This document shows, in pieces, positions 1 through 6,075 of a stretch of DNA of 64,000 bases (position 1 is its first letter; every line of letters begins with the position of its first letter). The stretch covers positions 64,001-128,000 of IMG/VR virus record IMGVR_UViG_3300021425_000008. The stretch is one strand, 5' to 3'. A program made the position numbers and the translations under genes. Origin of the DNA: a virus. The notes beneath the pieces are model-generated. The model was not told where the DNA came from. It saw nothing but the letters and a program-made list of their open reading frames with translations, and searched no databases.

Positions 1-12
1 ACGGAGGTTGAT

Positions 13-171
13 ATGGCTTACCCTCTCGGCATTGATAACCCTATTCTGATCAAAGGTGTGATTGGTTCACACAAATGGGCATTGTATTGGCGTGAAGACA
101 TGACCAAGATTGCCACATTTAATTCGCAGTTCCAAGCATACGAAGCCCGTCGTTTTCTTCTCTCCAAATAA
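13..171 (+). CDS. small hypothetical protein (52 aa, MAYPLGIDNPILIKGVIG...)
   Basis: Read manually; below the ORF-track cutoff. GGAGG at 3-7, ATG at 13, TAA overlaps the next ATG (TAATG). Confidence 0.7.
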   Translation: MAYPLGIDNPILIKGVIGSHKWALYWREDMTKIATFNSQFQAYEARRFLLSK

Positions 172-329
172 TGAACCAACTCGAAATGTTGTCTGCCCGT
201 GAACAACTCATGGAAGACATTGATTGTATCATCACTGATTACTTTGCACAGTTTGATGTCAATTATGACGAAGAACTTGTGAAGATTTTGTGTGATGCCG
301 TCTGTAACAACTTTCCTACACAAAAATGA
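171..329 (+). CDS. small acidic hypothetical protein (52 aa, MNQLEMLSAREQLMEDIDCI...)
   Basis: Manual translation; coupled to both neighbours by TAATG and ATGA overlaps. Confidence 0.7.
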   Translation: MNQLEMLSAREQLMEDIDCIITDYFAQFDVNYDEELVKILCDAVCNNFPTQK

Positions 330-499
330 AACTATCTAAAGCACAAGTTATTCGTGTGGTCAGAGATACTGCGTTGAATGTTGATAAGAACCTCACACGA
401 GAAGAGAAACAACAAGTCTTCAATAATGTGGTCGATGGTCTACATCGTGACGGAAGAATCACGAAGAAACAACAAATGGCATGGACACATCCGTTCTGA
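326..499 (+). CDS. small hypothetical protein (57 aa, MKLSKAQVIRVVRD...WTHPF)
   Basis: Manual translation; ATGA overlap with the upstream ORF; stops 5 nt before repeat copy 1. Confidence 0.7.
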   Translation: MKLSKAQVIRVVRDTALNVDKNLTREEKQQVFNNVVDGLHRDGRITKKQQMAWTHPF

Positions 500-504
500 T
501 TATT

Positions 505-533
505 GTTAGTAACCTCGAAATGTCCCCTATAGT
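505..533 (+). repeat. 29-bp intergenic element, copy 1 (putative early promoter/cassette boundary)
   Basis: GTTAGTAACCTCGAAATGTCCCCTATAGT. Confidence 0.9.
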
Positions 534-552
534 GTAGGAACCACTCAACCAC

Positions 553-876
553 ATGCGTAAGATCGAAACCCTGATGAACGAAGCAGTTGCCAACAACAAA
601 GATTGGCAATCTTCCAACACCAGTGTTACCTACAACGAAGAGAATGATGTCTCTATTGTTCGTCTTCACGGTAACAAGATCGCAGAGATTGGTGATGACT
701 ACCTTCAGATCTTTGATGGCGGTTGGCAATCCAACACCACCAAATCACGTCTGAATGCACTCATCAACCGTTTCTGCAATGCAGTCACTGATGGTGTATT
801 TCAGAAGGATTATGTTTGGTACGTTCGTGACAACAACGTGACCAAAGAATTTACTTCTGGTTACATCTTTGCCTAA
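553..876 (+). CDS. hypothetical phage protein (107 aa)
   Basis: ORF directly downstream of repeat copy 1; protein-like composition (LHGNKIA, DGGWQSNTTKSRLNA). Confidence 0.85.
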   Translation: MRKIETLMNEAVANNKDWQSSNTSVTYNEENDVSIVRLHGNKIAEIGDDYLQIFDGGWQSNTTKSRLNALINRFCNAVTDGVFQKDYVWYVRDNNVTKEFTSGYIFA

Positions 877-942
877 GATGACTCACGGAGAGACCAACAC
901 TCTCTCCCTATAGTTTTCCCTTCATTCTTTACATTCTTTCTA

Positions 943-1137
943 ATGAAAACCACCACAAAAAGTACTAATCACAAAGTTGAATTTGATTCGTCCGAATATA
1001 TTCTTTTGATGGATATGCTCTCAGATGTTATTAACAATGATGGTAAATTAGATGATGATTTGATGGATTATATTAACACTGATAGTGATAACAATGCCTT
1101 TAATTCTCTCCATTATAAACTCATGCAAGCGATGTAA
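943..1137 (+). CDS. hypothetical protein (64 aa)
   Basis: ORF track; AT-rich and acidic. Confidence 0.65.
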   Translation: MKTTTKSTNHKVEFDSSEYILLMDMLSDVINNDGKLDDDLMDYINTDSDNNAFNSLHYKLMQAM

Positions 1138-1185
1138 TCTTGTTCCCTCTTTTTTATGTCTTTCATCGCACATTACACTGATCCA

Positions 1186-1398
1186 ATGACTCTCACTCCT
1201 CAACAACTTGAAAATCTAAAGAGTGACTATGCCTGGCAAATTGTCGATGGTATGGATCTCAAAACACTTTGCCAGTGGGCAGCAGAACAAATTGAAGCAA
1301 ATATGAAGGATTACGATGAGACTGACCTGCAAGAAGAGATTAGTGATATGATGGGCGAAGATGTATGGGAGGACATGAAGAAAGATGCAATCGGGTGA
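1186..1398 (+). CDS. acidic hypothetical protein (start 1156 or 1186)
   Basis: ORF track 1156..1398; internal ATG (MTLTPQQ) is a plausible start. Confidence 0.7.
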   Translation: MTLTPQQLENLKSDYAWQIVDGMDLKTLCQWAAEQIEANMKDYDETDLQEEISDMMGEDVWEDMKKDAIG

Positions 1399-1585
1399 TA
1401 TAGTAGAATTCAAGGGAGCATCACGATGGCAAGTGTTATGGGCATCGACTGATTATCCATCACATCTTATCATTGGTAAACGCTATGTTGTGGAGAGTGT
1501 ACACACTTATCCATGGTTCACAAAGATCACATTAGAACACAAGTCTGGTCAGTTCAATTCAGTTCATTTCACAAAAGTATCATGA
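1385..1585 (+). CDS. hypothetical protein (66 aa)
   Basis: ORF track; GGAGG upstream; overlaps both neighbours. Confidence 0.65.
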   Translation: MQSGDIVEFKGASRWQVLWASTDYPSHLIIGKRYVVESVHTYPWFTKITLEHKSGQFNSVHFTKVS

Positions 1586-1716
1586 ACAAGTTCACTGTCA
1601 CACTCGAAATTGAGACCTATTCTGATGATCCAGAAGATTGGATTATTGACAGCATCTCCGAGAATCTTGAGGATGATGAACAAATTACGAGCATAAACGT
1701 TCAGTTACAAAGTTAG
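1582..1716 (+). CDS. small acidic hypothetical protein (MNKFTVTLEIETY...)
   Basis: ATGA overlap with the previous ORF; its TAG stop lies inside the GTTAGT of repeat copy 2. Confidence 0.65.
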   Translation: MNKFTVTLEIETYSDDPEDWIIDSISENLEDDEQITSINVQLQS

Positions 1717-1740
1717 TAACCTCGAAAGGTCCACAGTAGT
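1712..1740 (+). repeat. 29-bp intergenic element, copy 2
   Basis: GTTAGTAACCTCGAAAGGTCCACAGTAGT. Confidence 0.85.
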
Positions 1741-1749
1741 ATAAGAGTC

Positions 1750-1807
1750 GGACTTCTCTCACCTGATTGCTTCTCCGAATAGGACTTCTCTCAGGTGATT
1801 GTTTCTC
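1750..1807. repeat. imperfect 26-bp tandem direct repeat with self-complementary cores
   Basis: GGACTTCTCTCACCTGATTGCTTCTC (1750-1775) vs GGACTTCTCTCAGGTGATTGTTTCTC (1782-1807), 23/26 identical. Confidence 0.85.
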
Positions 1808-1836
1808 TGGCTCACAAGCTTTTCTTTTTTTCCATC

Positions 1837-1980
1837 ATGAAAATCGCACTTCTGATTGTTGTTGGTATTCTGTTCTGGACGAGTGATGATGCACGAAACT
1901 TCACCGCAGATCAACTCAACAATGCAAGTGAAATTGTGCGGCCTGATGTTGAGAAGAAAGTCTTCAGCATTAGTTTCTAA
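1837..1980 (+). CDS. small membrane-anchored hypothetical protein (MKIALLIVVGILFW...)
   Basis: In-frame ATG within the track ORF; N-terminal hydrophobic helix. Confidence 0.7.
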   Translation: MKIALLIVVGILFWTSDDARNFTADQLNNASEIVRPDVEKKVFSISF

Positions 1981-1984
1981 TCTT

Positions 1985-2013
1985 GTTAGTTACCTCCAAA
2001 CGTCCCCTATAGT
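1985..2013 (+). repeat. 29-bp intergenic element, copy 3
   Basis: GTTAGTTACCTCCAAACGTCCCCTATAGT. Confidence 0.9.
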
Positions 2014-2268
2014 ATGAACATGACTCAAACCACGATGACCAACGAAACTTACAACGGTTGGGCAAATTACGAGACCTGGAATGTGGCTCTCTGGCTTGGC
2101 AATGACGAGGGTATGTATCGAATGGCTCGTATGTATCGCCATCATGGTTATAAGTCTCTGAGCCATATGTTGGAAGAATCTTATGGCTCAGTCACGCCTG
2201 ATGGTGTATATTGGAAACACGCAGATCTTGATATTGACGAACTGAACGAAATGCTGGAGGATCTTTGA
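2014..2268 (+). CDS. hypothetical phage protein (YNGWANYETWNVALW motif); true start may be 2020 or 2035
   Basis: ORF follows repeat copy 3; I recognise the motif as common in small phage proteins of unknown function. Confidence 0.85.
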   Translation: MNMTQTTMTNETYNGWANYETWNVALWLGNDEGMYRMARMYRHHGYKSLSHMLEESYGSVTPDGVYWKHADLDIDELNEMLEDL

Positions 2269-2270
2269 TC

Positions 2271-2549
2271 ATGAATGCACCTGAGTTCGCCACATCTAAT
2301 CTGTCAAAGATCCGTCCTAAACTTCGTACTCAAGGCAATGTGACTGGTAACTTTGGAAGACCAAAAGTCAAAGCCGCAAACAATCAACAACTCGGATATA
2401 CCAAGAAAGATCACATTAACATGATCACCTGTAAGGAAGATTATATTGCCAAAATGTATCAGATCCTGGATACTACTGATGATCAAAAGATTCGTAACTT
2501 TGCCTATTCAGAAATCAAGAAGTATTTGATACAAACTGGCCAATGGTAA
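2271..2549 (+). CDS. hypothetical basic protein
   Basis: ORF track 2265..2549; GGAGG upstream of ATG 2271. Confidence 0.8.
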   Translation: MNAPEFATSNLSKIRPKLRTQGNVTGNFGRPKVKAANNQQLGYTKKDHINMITCKEDYIAKMYQILDTTDDQKIRNFAYSEIKKYLIQTGQW

Positions 2550-2553
2550 TAAA

Positions 2554-2582
2554 GTTAGTAACCTCCAAATGTCTTCTATAGT
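2554..2582 (+). repeat. 29-bp intergenic element, copy 4
   Basis: GTTAGTAACCTCCAAATGTCTTCTATAGT. Confidence 0.9.
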
Positions 2583-2807
2583 ATGAATACAACTCAAGCT
2601 CTCTCAATTCTCTCTGAACAGTTCAACGCTACTTACACAGGTTCTAAAACAGTTCGTGAAATGTGTTCTAATCTGATCGATGCATGTTATTGGGATAAGG
2701 AAGATCCCAACACTGTATATCATCAGTTTAAGACTCAAGATGGTATGCCAAATCGTATTGTTGAAGATAGTCAAATCATCTCTCTTGCTCTTTCCTATTC
2801 CAACTAA
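2583..2807 (+). CDS. hypothetical protein (74 aa)
   Basis: ORF begins immediately after repeat copy 4. Confidence 0.7.
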   Translation: MNTTQALSILSEQFNATYTGSKTVREMCSNLIDACYWDKEDPNTVYHQFKTQDGMPNRIVEDSQIISLALSYSN

Positions 2808-2809
2808 TT

Positions 2810-2968
2810 ATGCTCTTTAATTGTGACATTGCCTGGTATGATAGCAAAGGTAGGAGACACACTACAACGATTGAATCTGATCGAACAGATAGAGACTTTA
2901 TCCGTCAATTAGTCGAAGCTCGTTATCCTACATCTAAGGTCATTATCAACCGAGTCTATCAAAAATGA
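2810..2968 (+). CDS. small hypothetical protein (52 aa, MLFNCDIAWYDSKGRR...)
   Basis: Manual translation; starts 2 nt after the previous stop. Confidence 0.7.
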   Translation: MLFNCDIAWYDSKGRRHTTTIESDRTDRDFIRQLVEARYPTSKVIINRVYQK

Positions 2969-3012
2969 ACCGTTAATTTATCCCCTTCGGGTATCCATTC
3001 ATTTCATTCATT

Positions 3013-3180
3013 ATGAATCATCACATTTACCATCTAAGGAACACTGAGCTAGATCAGGATTTAGCTCTTATGTTATCACCTATTATAGCTGCCTATCGTC
3101 CCCATGATGACATCCCCAGTAAGGAACAATTAGGTGATCCCATACAACGAGCTACCTGTAATCCTTTCACTAATGTATAA
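3013..3180 (+). CDS. small hypothetical protein (55 aa, MNHHIYHLRN...)
   Basis: Manual translation; followed by a long hairpin. Confidence 0.5.
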   Translation: MNHHIYHLRNTELDQDLALMLSPIIAAYRPHDDIPSKEQLGDPIQRATCNPFTNV

Positions 3181-3186
3181 CGAGTG

Positions 3187-3240
3187 ATAGCTAGATTTAA
3201 CCCCTAAAATAAGGTCTAAATACTAGCTATTGCCTTTTTT
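3187..3240 (+). terminator. long stem-loop followed by a T run; possible terminator
   Basis: ATAGCTAG(ATTTA)...(TAAAT)ACTAGCTAT at 3187-3230, then TGCCTTTTTT. Confidence 0.5.
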
Positions 3241-3369
3241 ATGCCAAATAAATGGCTAATTAAATATAAGCTAATGTTTGCGCTAAGTTACTACAAAGGG
3301 GCTACAGAGTGACTCGCTAGGTACTCATGGGTGCTTAAAATGGCTGATCTTATAGTCATCTAAGATCGT

Positions 3370-3398
3370 ATTCTATCAGACCTTCTGCATAATGTCAA
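3370..3398 (-). promoter_or_regulatory. sigma70-type promoter, antisense/leftward
   Basis: On the - strand: TTGACA-N17-TAGAAT. Confidence 0.65.
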
Positions 3399-3490
3399 CC
3401 CCCAAATCCTGTCAAATCACTAATCCTTATCTGTCATAAATCTCCGAGTCCTCAGAGACACATAAGAGGGTCTTATTTTCCGCCATTATT

Positions 3491-3519
3491 GTTAGTAACC
3501 TCGAAAGGTCTTCTACAGT
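3491..3519 (+). repeat. 29-bp intergenic element, copy 5
   Basis: GTTAGTAACCTCGAAAGGTCTTCTACAGT. Confidence 0.9.
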
Positions 3520-3729
3520 ATGAACACAACTCAAATGCATAAGTTCAACATCTACGGTGAGTTTATCCGCCCTAATGGTCATCAACAGTATGACATTCTG
3601 AGCTACATTGCCGAGACAAGAGAAGAGGCAATTGCTACATGTAGGAAGAACAATCCTCACTTCAACATTATCACAATTCAGGTAGATGATACAGCACCTG
3701 AGGTAGTGAGAATGCAACCCCTTATATAA
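3520..3729 (+). CDS. hypothetical protein (start 3520 or 3535)
   Basis: ORF follows repeat copy 5. Confidence 0.75.
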   Translation: MNTTQMHKFNIYGEFIRPNGHQQYDILSYIAETREEAIATCRKNNPHFNIITIQVDDTAPEVVRMQPLI

Positions 3730-3799
3730 CACTTACTACATGACCTGATGATGTCATTAAACCCATCACACATACACACACTATTTCACACAAACTCTC

Positions 3800-3940
3800 A
3801 TGTCCCGTTCTGTTCTCATTGGTCTGCTGCGTAAGGGAAAGACTGGTGAAGAAGTCCTTGCTATCTTGGACGCCATTTGTAACAACGAAGAACCACAGAT
3901 TGAGAAGAGCTATGGTACACTCGAACCCCTGACATTCTGA
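3800..3940 (+). CDS. small hypothetical protein (46 aa, MSRSVLIGLLRKGKTGEEVLAILDAI...)
   Basis: Manual translation; CA-rich leader; ends 10 nt before repeat copy 6. Confidence 0.7.
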   Translation: MSRSVLIGLLRKGKTGEEVLAILDAICNNEEPQIEKSYGTLEPLTF

Positions 3941-3950
3941 GGGTATTATT

Positions 3951-3979
3951 GTTAGTTACCTCGAAATGTCCCCTATAGT
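3951..3979 (+). repeat. 29-bp intergenic element, copy 6
   Basis: GTTAGTTACCTCGAAATGTCCCCTATAGT. Confidence 0.9.
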
Positions 3980-4228
3980 ATGAACATGACTCAAACCACA
4001 ATGGTTAACACTTTCACTGAGAACTTTGACATCATGGGTGATATGACCATCGATGAACTTATCTCGTTCGTTGATATCAACCCCGTGTCAGTTGTTCACT
4101 CTCCCTCTCCAAATTGTTCGGAGTCTTATGACATCACCTTCAAAACATTTGAAGACATGATGACATTTACCAGAGGATACTTTGGAGACTACAGTGATAC
4201 CGAGATCCGTGAAGTTATGGGTTGGTAA
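3980..4228 (+). CDS. acidic hypothetical protein (start 3980, 3986 or 4001)
   Basis: ORF follows repeat copy 6. Confidence 0.75.
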   Translation: MNMTQTTMVNTFTENFDIMGDMTIDELISFVDINPVSVVHSPSPNCSESYDITFKTFEDMMTFTRGYFGDYSDTEIREVMGW

Positions 4229-4278
4229 GTAACACTCACTGGGGTCACAGTTGTTATCAATTAGTGACCCTACAGTTC

Positions 4279-4308
4279 TTGACACTTAGAGGGGTTATAT
4301 GGTAGACT
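4279..4308 (+). promoter_or_regulatory. sigma70-type promoter
   Basis: TTGACA-N18-TAGACT with a TGn extension; preceded by hairpin GGGTCAC...GTGACCC (4242-4270). Confidence 0.55.
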
Positions 4309-4314
4309 GACAGT

Positions 4315-4475
4315 GTATCGATTCGACAGTGTTTTTGGCGGGTCGTTGATACCGCGGGGACCGCAAAGAGCCCCCCCTTAAAAGAAATTGCGGCAACTCT
4401 AACCTACAAAGGTCCCCAAACGGCCTTAAGAAAAGCCGCCGATAAAAAAAATTTCTATATAAAAAATTCCCCCAT
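4315..4475 (+). ncRNA. candidate structured non-coding RNA or origin element
   Basis: GC-rich non-coding stretch with nested complementary segments (see findings). Confidence 0.4.
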
Positions 4476-4488
4476 AAAGATTTTCCAT

Positions 4489-4710
4489 ATGGCCCCTTCA
4501 GAAGACACGAAGTTATATCACATCTACTTAAAGAACGAGTGTGTACTTCATAGTTTGTCAGAGGAGAATTTTAAGAGTAGTTGGGAGACCTTACAGAATC
4601 TGGTGGGGCTTGTGAAGACTGACTATCATTCTGAGGATCTCTCATATGAAGTAGTGGATGTACTACAGGATAGAGAGGATATCAGTAATCTGTCAGATAG
4701 TTCACACTGA
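4489..4710 (+). CDS. hypothetical protein (73 aa)
   Basis: ORF track. Confidence 0.75.
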   Translation: MAPSEDTKLYHIYLKNECVLHSLSEENFKSSWETLQNLVGLVKTDYHSEDLSYEVVDVLQDREDISNLSDSSH

Positions 4711-4739
4711 CAGTGAGGAATACCGAAGGTATTTCGAGA

Positions 4740-4768
4740 TTGACAGAGTACTACATAATTGGTATAAT
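4740..4768 (+). promoter_or_regulatory. consensus sigma70 promoter
   Basis: TTGACA-N17-TATAAT, perfect consensus, 28 nt upstream of ATG 4797. Confidence 0.85.
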
Positions 4769-4796
4769 AATGATTGAAATGGAGTGATTCTAATTC

Positions 4797-5573
4797 ATGG
4801 CAAAAGGTTTTACAGTAAAGGCTTCAACACCAAAAAAAGATAAAGGTCCAGAGTGGGACTACGAAGCCATTAAAGAGAGAATGAGGGGCAAAGCGATTGT
4901 CTTCTGTCTACCTGGAAGGGGATGTTCATATGCATTCATGAAGAACTTTGTACAATTGTGTTTTGACTTGGTTCAGAACCAGATGAGTATTCAGATCAGT
5001 CAGGACTACTCGTCGATGGTGAACTTCGCACGTTGTAAGTGTCTCGGCGCCAATGTATTGAGAGGGCCTGACCAGATTCCTTGGGACGGTAAGCTTCAGT
5101 ATGATTATCAGTTGTGGATTGACTCTGATATTATTTTTAACACCGAGAAGTTCTGGCAGCTGTGCGACCTAGCGTTAAACTCTGAGGGAGAAGAGAAGGA
5201 GATTGTTGCTGGTTGGTATTCGACTGAGGACGGGCGAACAACCTCTGTTGCACATTGGCTGGAAGAAGATGACTTCAGGAATAATGGTGGTGTGATGAAT
5301 CATGAGATGGTTGATGGTATTCAGAAACGTAAGAAACCCTTTACTGTTGACTACACTGGTTTTGGATGGGTGATGATTCAGAATGGTGTCTTTGAGAATA
5401 AGGCAATGAAGTATCCTTGGTTTGCACCAAAGATGCAAGTGTTTGAATCTGGTGCAGTTCAAGATATGTGTGGTGAAGACGTTTCGTTCTGTCTGGATGC
5501 AATTGACGCAGGATATAATATTTGGTGTGATCCACGGATTCGAGTTGGTCACGAGAAGACAAGAGTCATTTGA
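4797..5573 (+). CDS. glycosyltransferase-like protein (GT-A fold)
   Basis: YDYQLWIDSD (DxD motif), TGFGWVMI, GEDVSFC and C-terminal VGHEK, typical of GT2-like proteins. Confidence 0.7.
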   Translation: MAKGFTVKASTPKKDKGPEWDYEAIKERMRGKAIVFCLPGRGCSYAFMKNFVQLCFDLVQNQMSIQISQDYSSMVNFARCKCLGANVLRGPDQIPWDGKLQYDYQLWIDSDIIFNTEKFWQLCDLALNSEGEEKEIVAGWYSTEDGRTTSVAHWLEEDDFRNNGGVMNHEMVDGIQKRKKPFTVDYTGFGWVMIQNGVFENKAMKYPWFAPKMQVFESGAVQDMCGEDVSFCLDAIDAGYNIWCDPRIRVGHEKTRVI

Positions 5574-5578
5574 TTCTG

Positions 5579-5610
5579 AGGTGGGTTCCTTGACAGGACC
5601 CACCTTTTTT
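5579..5610 (+). terminator. rho-independent terminator
   Basis: AGGTGGGT(T)CCT-TGAC-AGGACCCACCT followed by a T run. Confidence 0.75.
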
Positions 5611-5618
5611 AGTATGAT
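5590..5618 (+). promoter_or_regulatory. sigma70 promoter embedded in the terminator
   Basis: TTGACA(5590-5595)-N17-TATGAT(5613-5618). Confidence 0.7.
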
Positions 5619-5641
5619 ATGGGGGTACAAATGAGACAGGC

Positions 5642-5929
5642 ATGACCTATCGACCAAAGAACGAGTGTGACGATTGTGGTTACACTTGGTATCCAAGAGG
5701 AAAGAATCGTTCACTGAGATGTCCACATTGTGGAAGTCGTGATATCATTCAATATGAAACTCGATACACCACTAATTGGTGGCCTCTTAAATTCTTAGTG
5801 ATTTTATTTGTGTCTTTCATTATTGGTATGAAGGCTCAAGAAGCTAAGAATGATGTTCTGACTAATGTGGCTATGATTGGTTGTCTAGGTGGTGCAGTTG
5901 GTTTCACTATTTCTTACGCAAGAGATTAA
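5642..5929 (+). CDS. zinc-ribbon membrane protein
   Basis: CDDC...CPHC followed by two hydrophobic segments. Confidence 0.8.
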   Translation: MTYRPKNECDDCGYTWYPRGKNRSLRCPHCGSRDIIQYETRYTTNWWPLKFLVILFVSFIIGMKAQEAKNDVLTNVAMIGCLGGAVGFTISYARD

Positions 5930-6075
5930 TGGCAAAACTCAAAAAATCTTTGACTGGTCAGACGATGATCGACTCGACTCCGAAGAAGACTCGTCAGGGC
6001 ATGGGTAAACACACGAAACTTGCAGCAACTTCTGCTAATAAGAAGAAGAAGCGTTATCGTGGTCAAGGACGTTGA
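5929..6075 (+). CDS. small, very basic protein (48 aa)
   Basis: ATG at the TAATG overlap; 11 Lys + 4 Arg, one Asp; ends KKKKRYRGQGR. Confidence 0.8.
   Translation: MAKLKKSLTGQTMIDSTPKKTRQGMGKHTKLAATSANKKKKRYRGQGR

Noticed and set aside
887-907. Hairpin GGAGAGA-CCAACAC-TCTCTCC
   Set aside because: Single short stem with no immediate U tract; too little evidence to assign a function.
3740-3770. CTGATGA as a hammerhead ribozyme core (also the stem-loop near 4710-4737)
   Set aside because: No properly placed GAAA or three-stem architecture.
505-3979. 29-bp repeats as a CRISPR array
   Set aside because: Spacing is 270-1200 bp and irregular, the intervals contain whole genes, and there are no cas genes.
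505-3979. Repeats as classical integron attC sites or T7/SP6-type promoters
   Set aside because: GTTAGTW does not fit GTTRRRY, there is no long attC hairpin and no integrase. The CTATAG resemblance is broken in copies 2 and 5, and no single-subunit RNAP is present in the window.
4315-4475. tRNA
   Set aside because: No T-arm GTTCRA within a cloverleaf and no acceptor-stem geometry.
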